Notes: generated by a model not told the origin, from the letters alone. A stretch of DNA of 64,000 nucleotides from Patescibacteria group bacterium (GCA_041648575.1 JBAZOT010000003.1:14895-78894); one strand, 5' to 3'. Positions 51,633-61,167 are shown, counted from the stretch's first letter. Program-made: numbers and translations.

Positions 51633-51777
51633 ACCCAGTAACAAAAACTTGACCTGCTAAAAATTAAGCGAGTCGAGATAATTAATAATAAAAGTTGGTT
51701 GGTTTATAAAAGCTGACATAAATTGATAATATAGATGATTTTTACCAGAGCTTAAGTCAAGTTTTGTTACTAGGCAT
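51633..51777. repeat. Copy 2 of the ~140-bp TIR-bounded intergenic cassette
   Basis: ACCCAGTAACAAAAACTTGACCTGCTAAAAATTAAGCGAGTC ... GAGCTTAAGTCAAGTTTTGTTACTAGGCAT. See copy 1 at 6333-6484. Confidence 0.8.
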
Positions 51778-51779
51778 AT

Positions 51780-52529
51780 TTATAGAATACTACGTAAAAG
51801 TTTTAATGTATAGAGTTGTCGTCCTGCCTGTCCTTGGACATAATCAACCAAAAATCCTAAAAGTTCAGCTGGTAATTGACGATTATACGGTGGTTCCGCT
51901 CGTGTCGCTAGGGTGTGTAAATAACTTAAAGCGTCATCAGTTAATAAAAACAAACCACTGCTATCGATGATACAATTTTTATGATAAAAACCATGTTCTC
52001 TAAAACTAAACACCACGGGCGCTGCTAATTCACCTTGGCATTTTGGACACCTAGTAACTTGAATTGCTAGACCAGTAATTTTTAATATTTTATAAATAAA
52101 TCTGCCCAGATATGTTCTGGCTCGCTCACGCCAAGCCGGCTCATCTTTGGGAATATCTTTTAATTGGCTTAAATAATACCTTAGCGATTTTAATAATTCC
52201 GGTTCAGGCGCGCCTAAAGAAGTTAGCACATCAGTTATTTCCAAAAACGAAGTGCCTAAAATGGCGGTATTTAAATGATAAGGTGTTTTTAAAAAAATTC
52301 TTTTAAGTTCCGCGCCTGCTAATTTATCATATTTTTTCCCCGGTGCCACCTGTACCTGAACTTCACCAAAAATCACCAAATGTGGAGCTAATTTAGATAA
52401 AATTTTTCGCGAACTAGTAGCTACCGCCTCAACCTTACCCCGTCGCTCTGTAAAAATAGTATAAAGCCGATCATTTTGCCTATGACTTCTAGCGCGTAAA
52501 ACAATACCGGTAGTGGTATAAGTAGACAT
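51780..52529 (-). CDS. recO: DNA repair protein RecO
   Basis: N-terminal OB fold (...TGIVLRARSHRQNDRLYTIFTERRGKVEAVA...). C-terminal zinc motif CPKCQGE...HKNC. Confidence 0.75.
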   Translation of the reverse strand: MSTYTTTGIVLRARSHRQNDRLYTIFTERRGKVEAVATSSRKILSKLAPHLVIFGEVQVQVAPGKKYDKLAGAELKRIFLKTPYHLNTAILGTSFLEITDVLTSLGAPEPELLKSLRYYLSQLKDIPKDEPAWRERARTYLGRFIYKILKITGLAIQVTRCPKCQGELAAPVVFSFREHGFYHKNCIIDSSGLFLLTDDALSYLHTLATRAEPPYNRQLPAELLGFLVDYVQGQAGRQLYTLKLLRSIL

Positions 52530-52539
52530 GTTTAAAAAG

Positions 52540-53022
52540 CTATTTTTTTTCTTCTCTTTCCTTTAATATTTCTTTAAGAGTGGCTAAAAGTAATTGTTCC
52601 CGATTAACCTGCTCTAATAGAGAAAACTCATAATTAGCTTTATCAGCTATATTTCTCCTCCGACCATGTTCTAGATCTTTTATTTCTTTTTTTATAAATT
52701 CATTAGAAGCGTTAATATATCTACCTTTAATATTTTTAATAAAGTTATCCCATTCTAATCTGATATTATCAATTTGTTTAGTAGTCGGCTCTAACCTTGT
52801 AGATCCATCTTCGGAAAATACTAATTTGGCGCCATCAGCTAATAATTCTTTGGTTTCTATTTCTTGTTCGATCACTATTTGTTCTTCGTCGGTGAATCCC
52901 TTACCTATTCCTTTTTCTTTAACGACCTCATCTCTTAATTCTTTCCAACTCCTTTTCTTATCTTTTGAAGTGTTTTGGACCAATTCTGGCGCCGGCGACA
53001 TTTCTCTTGAATTCATAAACAT
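52540..53022 (-). CDS. hypothetical charged protein (160 aa)
   Basis: Intact ORF abutting the ileS stop. No domain recognised. Confidence 0.4.
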   Translation of the reverse strand: MFMNSREMSPAPELVQNTSKDKKRSWKELRDEVVKEKGIGKGFTDEEQIVIEQEIETKELLADGAKLVFSEDGSTRLEPTTKQIDNIRLEWDNFIKNIKGRYINASNEFIKKEIKDLEHGRRRNIADKANYEFSLLEQVNREQLLLATLKEILKEREEKK

Positions 53023-55983
53023 TCAATTAATTATTAAATTTATTGTTATAATTACACCATCGATTTCTATTTTTTCTGGCAAAGTCTCTTTAGTATAATC
53101 AATTTTAGATGCAATAGTACTTTTAATAACTTGTTTTTCGTTGGATTGCAGAGCTTTAACAATATTATCTGGTGCTGATACTTTTAGATTAACTTTATCT
53201 TTCACAGTTAATTTTTTCTCTTTTCTTAAAGCGTTTACTTGCCTAATAAATTCACGCACCAAGCCCATATCCTTTAGTTCTTCGTCTAATTTTATGTCCA
53301 ATTCGCAAGACAAACTATCGTCTTTGATAGTGGTCACTTCTAAAACATTAACCTCTTCTGCTAAAATCTTTTTTAAATCATCAGTCAAATCTAAACCAGT
53401 AACTTTTAATAACCGTAGTGGCTGTCGCACTTTAATTTTACTTTCTGCTCGCTTTGCCAAAGCCAGTTCTACTGCTTGCCTTAAGTTAGACATATTAGAC
53501 AATAAGATATTCTGATCCTTAGATAAATCATTGCTCGTAGGCCAATTATCTAAATGAACAGATTCTTGTCCACCCTGAAGGCGCCGATACAATTCTTCTG
53601 CTATAAAAGGTGTAAATGGAGCAAGTAAAATTGCCAGCTTATAAAGCACAAATCCCAAAGTGGAGCGGGCTAAATTTTTATCTTCACCGTCTTCTTTAAA
53701 CCGCTCTCGACTGCGCCTGACATACCAAGTTGATAATTCAGTAATAAATTCAGTAATTTTTCTACCCGCTTCAGTAATCTCATATTTTTCTAAATGTTCA
53801 GTTATTTCATTAATTAATTTTTGTAACAAAGCTAAAATCCACTGGTCTAATATATTTGGTGATTTAGATACCGCCGTTGGCACCGGATCATCTTGTTTAT
53901 ACAATTCATAAAATGTTAAAACATTCATTAAAATTAATAAAGTCCGCTTAACCACTTCTTCAACTGCTTGGGGGTCAAAATTCTTTGGCTCGCCAGGCTG
54001 ATTAGCAGTATAAAAATGGAAACGCAGGGCATCAGCTCCATATTTAGCAAAAATTTCCCAAGGATCAACAATATTGCCTTTAGATTTAGACATTTTTTGC
54101 CCGTGTTTATCATTTATATGCCCCAAGCAAATCACATTTTTATAAGGTGGAATTTCTTTAATCGCTCCTGATTTTTTAAGTAAAGTAGCCACAGCTAAAA
54201 GCGTATAAAACCAACCGCGGGTTTGATCAATGGCCTCTGATATAAAATCAGCCGGATAACTATTTGCTATTTGCTCCGAGCTTCCAGTTAAGTATGGGTA
54301 TCCCCATTGAGCAAAAGGCATACTCCCTGAATCAAACCAGCAATCAGCCACTTCTGGCACACGCTTCATTGTTCCGCCACACTTACAAGACCAGGTTATT
54401 TCATCAATAAATGGGCGATGAATATCAAATTCATGATTCATTATTCTTGATTCATGATTCGATGCTAATTTTGCAAGCTCTTCCAAACTGCCAACGCACA
54501 TTATTTCCTTACACTTATCACACACCCAGATTGGTAATGGCGTTCCCCAATAGCGCTCCCGAGAAATAGCCCAATCTTTAGCACCATCTAACCACTCGCC
54601 AAATCGCCCATGTTTGATATGCTCCGGATACCAATTTATTTTCTCATTAGCAGCTTTCATTTCCTCGCGAAGCTCTGACATTTTTATAAACCACGACGGC
54701 TTAGCATAATAAAGCAGTGGCGTGGAACAACGCCAACAAAACGGATAATCATGAGTATACATTTCTTGCTTAAACAAAAGCTCACGTTTTTTTAAATCCT
54801 CAACTATTCCTGCTTCCACTTCTTTATCCTTAACAAATTTGCCAGCCCATTGGACTACGTCTTTAGTAAAATGACCGTCTTCACTAACCGTATGATATTT
54901 AGGTAAACCAACTTGTGTCCCCAAATCAAAATCATCTTCGCCATACATCACTGCCGCATGCACTACACCACTACCTTCGGTCGTGGTAACAAAATCAGCT
55001 GCGTACACGCGGTAGGATTTGTCGTTCTGAAGGGGTTTGATGTCAAATAATGGTTCATATTCAAGGCCAACTAGGTCTTTTCCTTTGAAAACTTCTTCCA
55101 CTTCCAAAGCGCAACCCATAAAAATCCTGCCTCCAAGAGCCGACTCCGAACTCTTTTCAAAAATATCTTTTGCTAAAATAAGGTAGCCACTCCCATGCTC
55201 GTTCGGAATAGAATCAACGAACTCCGCTTCGGGAAGAATTCGTGCCTTCACGTATTCAATGTTTTTCCCAACTGCCAACGCTACATTTCCAGGCAAGGTC
55301 CAAGGAGTAGTCGTCCAAGACAAAATATAAGTATCATTATCAATTTTGATTTTTGCCTGCCCCGGCTTCACTTTAAACTTAATGTACACCGACGGTTCGG
55401 TAATACTTTTATAACCCAATGCTACTTCGTGACTAGAAAGCGCGGTTTCACAGCGCGGACAGTGGGGCAAAACTTTATAATCTTTATACAATAAACCGGA
55501 CTCGTAAACTTTTTTCAAAATCCACCACAAACTTTCAATATAATAATTTTCATAAGTTACATAGGGGTGTTCCAAATCCAACCAATAACCCATGCGCTCG
55601 GTTAATTTTTCCCAATCAGCTTTGTATTTCCACACATCCTCGCGACAATGAGCATTAAATTTAGCCACGCCGTATTTTTCAATATCTGGCTTGCCTTGGA
55701 ATTTTAATTCTTTTTCCACTTGTAATTCCACTGGCAAACCTTGAGTATCCCACCCGGCTTTACGCTCCACTTGGAACCCGCGCATAGTTTTATAACGTGG
55801 GATTAAATCCTTAAAAGCCCGCGCTAACACATGATGCAAACCGGGCTTGCCGTTAGCCGTGGGCGGGCCTTCAAAAAAAACAAAGCGTCCTTGAGGTGCT
55901 TCTTTCTCCAGTGATTTTTGAAAAATATTATTCTTTTTCCAAAAATCAAGAATCTTTTGTTCCAGCTCGGGAAATTTAATCAT
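53023..55983 (-). CDS. ileS: isoleucine--tRNA ligase
   Basis: PPTANGKPGLHHV (HIGH region), KMSKSKGN, CP1 editing domain, C-terminal Zn Cys. Confidence 0.97.
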   Translation of the reverse strand: MIKFPELEQKILDFWKKNNIFQKSLEKEAPQGRFVFFEGPPTANGKPGLHHVLARAFKDLIPRYKTMRGFQVERKAGWDTQGLPVELQVEKELKFQGKPDIEKYGVAKFNAHCREDVWKYKADWEKLTERMGYWLDLEHPYVTYENYYIESLWWILKKVYESGLLYKDYKVLPHCPRCETALSSHEVALGYKSITEPSVYIKFKVKPGQAKIKIDNDTYILSWTTTPWTLPGNVALAVGKNIEYVKARILPEAEFVDSIPNEHGSGYLILAKDIFEKSSESALGGRIFMGCALEVEEVFKGKDLVGLEYEPLFDIKPLQNDKSYRVYAADFVTTTEGSGVVHAAVMYGEDDFDLGTQVGLPKYHTVSEDGHFTKDVVQWAGKFVKDKEVEAGIVEDLKKRELLFKQEMYTHDYPFCWRCSTPLLYYAKPSWFIKMSELREEMKAANEKINWYPEHIKHGRFGEWLDGAKDWAISRERYWGTPLPIWVCDKCKEIMCVGSLEELAKLASNHESRIMNHEFDIHRPFIDEITWSCKCGGTMKRVPEVADCWFDSGSMPFAQWGYPYLTGSSEQIANSYPADFISEAIDQTRGWFYTLLAVATLLKKSGAIKEIPPYKNVICLGHINDKHGQKMSKSKGNIVDPWEIFAKYGADALRFHFYTANQPGEPKNFDPQAVEEVVKRTLLILMNVLTFYELYKQDDPVPTAVSKSPNILDQWILALLQKLINEITEHLEKYEITEAGRKITEFITELSTWYVRRSRERFKEDGEDKNLARSTLGFVLYKLAILLAPFTPFIAEELYRRLQGGQESVHLDNWPTSNDLSKDQNILLSNMSNLRQAVELALAKRAESKIKVRQPLRLLKVTGLDLTDDLKKILAEEVNVLEVTTIKDDSLSCELDIKLDEELKDMGLVREFIRQVNALRKEKKLTVKDKVNLKVSAPDNIVKALQSNEKQVIKSTIASKIDYTKETLPEKIEIDGVIITINLIIN

Positions 55984-56071
55984 AATGTTTTTATTATAGT
56001 AAAAATATTACCAAAAAACAAGGCTCGAGGTTTAAAAAATATTAGCTATTGGCTACAAGCTATTAGCCAAT

Positions 56072-57787
56072 TTACATCCTTTCCACTGTTTCTATACCTA
56101 AAATTGCCAAACCTTGCTTTAAAATCAGCGCTGATTTTTGCACCAGGTCTAAGCGCAAAAAACGCAACGGTCCGCTGGCTTTTAATACTGGCGACTCATG
56201 ATAATAAAAATTCACCGTATTAGCTAACTCATAAAGATAATTGGCCAGCAGGTGCGGAAAATTTTCTTGTGCCGAACGGGTTAAGGCGTCCTGATATTGC
56301 ACTAACTTTCTTAATAACTGCAAATCGTTATCTTCCAAATAATGAGAATCAAATTTAATCGTAGTTATTTTTCCAGCTTTAGCTAAAATACTTTTTAAAC
56401 GAACATAAGTATATTGTAAATACGGCCCGCTGTTACCGGAAAACGATAACATTTTATTCCAATTAAAGACAATATCGGTTAAACGATTTTGTGATAGATC
56501 ATTATATTTAATAGCGCCAACGCCAATTGCTTCAGCCGCCGTGGTTTTTTCCACTGGTGATAATTTGGGATTTTTCTTTTGTACTACTCGCCAAGCCAAA
56601 TCCACTGACTTGTTAAATAATTCTTCCAATTTAACAATTTTTCCTTCGCGTGTAGCCATTTTTTTACCATCTTCGCCAAAAATAAAACCAAACTTAATAT
56701 GCTGTGGCTTCGTTTTGCCAGCATATCTTGCTAATTCTGCCGTAGCAAATAATTGATCAAAATATAAAGATTGTTCGCTTCCCACCACATAAAGCATTAA
56801 CCAAGGTTTATATTTACTAACCCGTGATCGTAAAGCGGACAAATCGCGAGTTGAATAAAGAGAAGCGCCGTCGGATTTTTGTACTAGCATGGCAGGCAAC
56901 TTTTCATTGTCAAAAATTACCACAATGGAACCATCTGGATTCTTAGTAACAATTTTTTGCTTAATTAAATCTTTAAGTACACCAATTAAGGCTTTTTGGT
57001 ATAAACTTTCACTTTCAAAGTGATCGAATTTTATTCCCAACCGTTGATATAACTTATTAAACTCCTTGAGTGAAAAAGTTTTAAACAGACGCCAAATGGA
57101 CTGCAGTTTAGGATTGCCATCTTCTAATTTTCTAAAAGCAATTTGGGCTTCTTTTTCTAATTCCGGATGTTTGGTAACTTGCTCATGAAAATAAACATAA
57201 ACCCGTAACATTTCATTAATAGGATTTTTTTTCAAATTAACCTTACTACCCCATTTTTGATAAGCCACCAATAATTTACCAAATTGTGTACCCCAATCAC
57301 CCAAATAATTCAAGCTAACCACTTTGGCTCCCAACGCTTTATAAATATTAACCAGAGCCTGACCAATAATAGTCGAACGCAAATGACCAATATGCATTGG
57401 CTTGGCAATATTGGGTGATGAATATTCAATCACAATTTTTTTACCACGATATAATGGAAAAACTGCTGTTTTGCTTTGATTTATTAATTCGTGATATAAC
57501 GCTTCTGATGACAAGAAAAAATTAACAAAACCTGGGCCAGCCGGTTCAACTTTGGCAAAATGCTGACGAATAAATTTACTTTGCACTAACTCACCCACCA
57601 GAGTATCGGTAATTTGACTGGTGGGAACACCCCAACGCGCGGCTACTTTAAGCGCCACATTAGTAGTGAAGTCCCCTTGCCACAATTCCTTAGGTGCGGT
57701 TATTTCTACATCTTCAGCTGCCAATTGCCAGTGCGCCTTAACTACTTTGCCAATTTCTTGTTGTAACTTTTTTATTAACATAAGCAA
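56072..57787 (-). CDS. argS: arginine--tRNA ligase
   Basis: SSPNIAKPMHIGHLRSTIIG (HIGH). ArgRS N-terminal add-1 and DALR anticodon-binding domain. Confidence 0.95.
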   Translation of the reverse strand: MLMLIKKLQQEIGKVVKAHWQLAAEDVEITAPKELWQGDFTTNVALKVAARWGVPTSQITDTLVGELVQSKFIRQHFAKVEPAGPGFVNFFLSSEALYHELINQSKTAVFPLYRGKKIVIEYSSPNIAKPMHIGHLRSTIIGQALVNIYKALGAKVVSLNYLGDWGTQFGKLLVAYQKWGSKVNLKKNPINEMLRVYVYFHEQVTKHPELEKEAQIAFRKLEDGNPKLQSIWRLFKTFSLKEFNKLYQRLGIKFDHFESESLYQKALIGVLKDLIKQKIVTKNPDGSIVVIFDNEKLPAMLVQKSDGASLYSTRDLSALRSRVSKYKPWLMLYVVGSEQSLYFDQLFATAELARYAGKTKPQHIKFGFIFGEDGKKMATREGKIVKLEELFNKSVDLAWRVVQKKNPKLSPVEKTTAAEAIGVGAIKYNDLSQNRLTDIVFNWNKMLSFSGNSGPYLQYTYVRLKSILAKAGKITTIKFDSHYLEDNDLQLLRKLVQYQDALTRSAQENFPHLLANYLYELANTVNFYYHESPVLKASGPLRFLRLDLVQKSALILKQGLAILGIETVERM

Positions 57788-57834
57788 CTTTATTATAGCA
57801 GAAATTTTAGTTTATCACTTCATAATGATAAATT

Positions 57835-57872
57835 TTCAAAATAAAAACCCTAGTCTATTTCAAAACTAGGGT
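57835..57872 (-). terminator. rho-independent terminator downstream of the 254-aa gene
   Basis: Minus strand: CCCTAGT-tttgaaatag-ACTAGGG followed by TTTTTATTTTG. Confidence 0.7.
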
Positions 57873-57913
57873 AATTTATACATTTCTATTGATTTAACAC
57901 CTAATTGATCCTT

Positions 57914-58678
57914 TTAAATCCTTTTGCGTTTTTCCATCACAGAAAGTGTTAAATATACATTAACAAGCCCCCTCATTCTATTATTGGGAGATCCATCTTT
58001 ACCAAGCACTGCATCAGTTATAGAATCACAACCACATCCATAATCTTTTTTATACTGGTCATGAATATACTTTTCTAACACGGGAATAGCTAAAAATTCC
58101 TCAGTAAAAATAAAGTGCTCGTCTTGCTCCGCCAAAATCATTGGTAAAATAATACGCTGATGAATTTGAGAAACCTCTGGTAAGTTGGCTAAAATTGCTG
58201 CTTCATATGTAGTTAATCTACTCTCGTTGATACTACGATTACGACTGACAGCATAATACACGATGTACAAAAAATCTTTTAAATGCTTTTTGTCCTGCTC
58301 CCGATGAGAAATATTCTCATTGCTTGAAAAAAAATTTAAAATATTAAGTACAAATTTACCAATATTTGGATTTTTGTCCTGTGCCAAAAGGCTAAAGTCA
58401 AGACAAGCGCAAAGAACCGAACGTGCCTTTTCCGCTACACTATCGTTATAACAATTCAATTGACTACCTTTATAACTCCTGCCGGGTGACATATCAGCGA
58501 ACTCTATAAGCAAGTTAAAAGCCTGTTCCACCTCAATATATGACTTTTTTACGCCAAAGTACTGACCCACCGCATGGAGCAACCCGATCGCCTCATCTGT
58601 ATTTGTCAAGTTGGGGTTATACAACTTCTCTTCAATTTCTTTGAATGAAGTGGTTGGTGTAAAATCTCGTTGTATCAT
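57914..58678 (-). CDS. hypothetical protein (254 aa)
   Basis: Intact ORF with RBS AGGAG 9 nt upstream. No recognisable family. Confidence 0.5.
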   Translation of the reverse strand: MIQRDFTPTTSFKEIEEKLYNPNLTNTDEAIGLLHAVGQYFGVKKSYIEVEQAFNLLIEFADMSPGRSYKGSQLNCYNDSVAEKARSVLCACLDFSLLAQDKNPNIGKFVLNILNFFSSNENISHREQDKKHLKDFLYIVYYAVSRNRSINESRLTTYEAAILANLPEVSQIHQRIILPMILAEQDEHFIFTEEFLAIPVLEKYIHDQYKKDYGCGCDSITDAVLGKDGSPNNRMRGLVNVYLTLSVMEKRKRI

Positions 58679-58799
58679 TGTTAAAACTCCTATATTATTT
58701 TTGTATTTCGCCCGCCTATTTTAGGCCGGCTTGGTTAGTTATTTTTCTCAGGCTTAACCCGAGTATATTACCTTAATACTTTGAGTATTTTAAGTCAAA

Positions 58800-59001
58800 T
58801 TCTTATTGCCTCGCTAGGGCGTTTGATTTAAATATTGCCACCATAGCGAGGGTAAGGTAACGGCGTGGAACCGGAGCGAGCGAAATGGTAGCCGCGTGTT
58901 GTGTCCTTGCGGCATAGCGGCTACCGTGAGCTACGGTAACGCCGTCTTGCCCGAAGCTCTAGGTGGCGCTTTTTCCCACCACTTTTTTTAAAAAAGTGGT
59001 G
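58800..59001. other. GC-rich highly structured non-coding block (nested helices CCTCGCTA/TAGCGAGG, ACGGCGT/ACGCCGT, GGTAGCCGC/GCGGCTACC, GGTGG/CCACC) ending in palindrome CACCAC-T7-A6-GTGGTG
   Basis: Read directly. Lies between the rplT terminator and the 254-aa gene start. Candidate small RNA or 5' leader. Confidence 0.4.
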
Positions 59002-59017
59002 AAAGACAATTTTTTAA

Positions 59018-59051
59018 TAAAAAATCAAAAAACCCCGAACTTAATCGGGGC
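59018..59051 (-). terminator. rho-independent terminator of the infC-rpmI-rplT operon
   Basis: Minus strand: CCCCGA-ttaagt-TCGGGG followed by TTTTTTGATTTTTT. Confidence 0.85.
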
Positions 59052-59073
59052 TTGATAAAAAATTTACAGACTA

Positions 59074-59427
59074 TTAAGTTTTGGGTTTAACCATTTCTAC
59101 CACTTTGGAAAAAATAATAGGATGTTCAGCAGCTAATTCAGATAATACTTTTCGGTTCAAAGTAACTTTGGCTTTTTTTAATAAATTAATAAATTGACTA
59201 TAGGTTAACCCATGCTCCCTAACCGCGGCATTTAATCTAATAGTCCAAAGTTTGCGGAACTCCCGCTTACGGTTGCGGCGATCACGATAAGCATAAACAC
59301 CAGCTTTACGAGACGCCACTTTAGCTAGTTTAATCTTACTCTTGCGACCCCAACGGTAACCTTTGGTCCGTTTTAAAATATTTCTTACTCTTTTAGCGTG
59401 CATTACGCCGCGTTTTACTCTAGACAT
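59074..59427 (-). CDS. rplT: 50S ribosomal protein L20
   Basis: MSRVKRGVMHAKRVRNILKRTKGYRWGRKSK. Confidence 0.95.
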   Translation of the reverse strand: MSRVKRGVMHAKRVRNILKRTKGYRWGRKSKIKLAKVASRKAGVYAYRDRRNRKREFRKLWTIRLNAAVREHGLTYSQFINLLKKAKVTLNRKVLSELAAEHPIIFSKVVEMVKPKT

Positions 59428-59475
59428 AAATTTATAAATCCTAAATTCTAATCCGCCGGTAGGCGGCTAAATTAA

Positions 59476-59673
59476 TTAACTTCCAGGAATTAATTTTCTC
59501 AACGCCCTAACATTAACATCAGCAATAGTTGAATCGCGTCGTTTCGCCATGCTGGTTTTTCCTGACTCTCTAGCATTAAAATGATCCTGACCAGCAGTTC
59601 GTTTTAAAAATTTACCACGAGCGGAAATTTTAAATCGCTTGCTAGATGCTTTATGTGTCTTCTTTTTTGGCAT
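59476..59673 (-). CDS. rpmI: 50S ribosomal protein L35
   Basis: MPKKKTHKASSKRFKISARGK. Confidence 0.9.
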   Translation of the reverse strand: MPKKKTHKASSKRFKISARGKFLKRTAGQDHFNARESGKTSMAKRRDSTIADVNVRALRKLIPGS

Positions 59674-59758
59674 AATTATAAATAAAGGGATAAAACAAAA
59701 GCCTTAAAACAGGCTTGCTATATGGCTGATATATTTATACAGTATTTTCAAAAAATAT

Positions 59759-60274
59759 TCAAGTTTTACGCGTAATTTGCATGGACAACCGCCCTCCCTG
59801 CCTAGAAAACGCCGCCTGTACTACTATATTGTCGCCTAATGAAGATATAAAATTATTAAACACCTGCTGGGCTAAATCGCCTCGTGCTTTTTCCCTACCC
59901 CTTAAAATCATTTCCAATTTTATCTGATTTCCTTCTATTAAAAATTTTTCTGCCTGCTTTTTTCTTATTTCCAAATCATGCTTACCAATGTTTAAAGTTA
60001 ATCTTAAACCTTTAACCTCAATTTTCTTAAGTTTCGCTTTTTGCTGCTTTTCCAATTTTTGCTGCTTATACTGAAACTGACCAAAATCCATTATTTTACA
60101 AATTGATGGCCGAACCGTAGGGTTTACTTCTACCAAATCCAAACCAGCCTCTTGCGCCAGCTGTAAGGCAGTATAAGTTGCTACCACGCCCCTGGGCTTG
60201 CCAGTTTCATCTATTAACTGAACCTCGGGTAGACGTATATATTGATTAACTCGATAACGAAATTTATTACTCAA
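59759..60274 (-). CDS. infC: translation initiation factor IF-3 (apparent TTG start)
   Basis: ...VQLIDETGKPRGVVATYTALQLAQEAGLDLVEVNP... The only in-frame start between the GIY-YIG stop and the IF3 N-domain is TTG at 60272-60274, consistent with the non-canonical infC starts known elsewhere. Confidence 0.9.
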   Translation of the reverse strand: MSNKFRYRVNQYIRLPEVQLIDETGKPRGVVATYTALQLAQEAGLDLVEVNPTVRPSICKIMDFGQFQYKQQKLEKQQKAKLKKIEVKGLRLTLNIGKHDLEIRKKQAEKFLIEGNQIKLEMILRGREKARGDLAQQVFNNFISSLGDNIVVQAAFSRQGGRLSMQITRKT

Positions 60275-60292
60275 GTCTTTTTGATTAAATAG

Positions 60293-60550
60293 TTAAATTA
60301 GACTTAATGTTTCTCTTAATATTAGATGTAAAGATTTTTTCCCAGGATTAGTTTTAAAATATTTCTCGCGCCTTAGGGCGTCACCCTTAGCTAAAAAACC
60401 TTCATAAAAAATTAATTTACACGGGCGTCTATTCTTGGTAGCGGGTGCCCCTCCTGCGTTATGTGTTTTAACTCTGTCCTTTAAATTCGAAGTAAAACCA
60501 ATATAAAACTTTTTATCTTTCAAACTATATAATAGGTAAACGTAATACAT
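60293..60550 (-). CDS. GIY-YIG nuclease-superfamily small protein (UPF0213-like)
   Basis: MYYVYLLYSLKDKKFYIGFTSNLKDRVKTHNAGG... The ORF track's upstream TTG extension is unlikely. The ATG at 60548-60550 is preferred. Confidence 0.75.
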   Translation of the reverse strand: MYYVYLLYSLKDKKFYIGFTSNLKDRVKTHNAGGAPATKNRRPCKLIFYEGFLAKGDALRREKYFKTNPGKKSLHLILRETLSLI

Positions 60551-60593
60551 TTGTCTACTGCCCTTAAAGTACGCGCTTCGCTTGACTTTAGGG

Positions 60594-60708
60594 CATGAAG
60601 TATATGCTAGCAAATTAATACGCCATGAAGTTGTATAAAGAAGTAAATACTTCTTGGCTCGCCATGAAGTTATGCGAATAAAATGAGCATATACTTCATG
60701 GTGGAGAT
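60594..60708. promoter_or_regulatory. Cluster of CATGAAGT iterons (3 direct, 1 inverted) between the tmRNA 3' end and the GIY-YIG/infC operon
   Basis: GCATGAAGTA at 60595, CGCCATGAAGTT at 60633 and 60661, ACTTCATGGTGG at 60693-60704, overlapping the tmRNA CCA end. Confidence 0.4.
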
Positions 60709-61081
60709 GGCGGGAATTACACCCGCGTCTAAGACAATTAACTTTACCCTTCTACAAACTTAGTCTGATTAATTTTGACAGAAGTCAAATCAGACCAAAG
60801 CCCCTGTCAATCTGTCCTAAGTAATGTCGGCCTAAGCACTAGAACAATACTTAAACCCTGCTCGATAAATGACGCTCTATAAGACTATCGAGATCGTCTA
60901 ATAGAACGGCCTCTGCTTAAATTAAGCAAAAGCTGGTGCTAGTGTCAAAGTGCTAAAAGCAGCTTTGGCGCGAGCTACAAATGATTTGGCATTTGTGAAG
61001 TGTGATGCTTTTATTACGCAGACACATCAACTGCGGTCTGCCAGACAAAGATCACTGCCTTATCGATTGTTAAACATCCCC
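60700..61081 (-). ncRNA. ssrA: tmRNA (SsrA), about 382 nt
   Basis: Minus strand 5'-GGGGAUGUUUAAC... and 3'-...GACGCGGGUGUAAUUCCCGCCAUCUCCACCA. 7-bp acceptor stem with G3.U wobble (AlaRS identity). T-arm GCGGG/UGUAAUU/CCCGC. Encoded CCA. Plausible tag ORF GCC AAA UCA ... GCU UUU GCU UAA (AKSFVARAKAAFSTLTLAPAFA*). Adjacent to smpB. Confidence 0.85.
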
Positions 61082-61167
61082 CAAAGTCAAGCAAGAGTCT
61101 TGGATAAGTGTAAAAAAACTAACCTCTTTTCTCTATCTCTTACTCTTTACTCATCGTTGGCGAAAGT

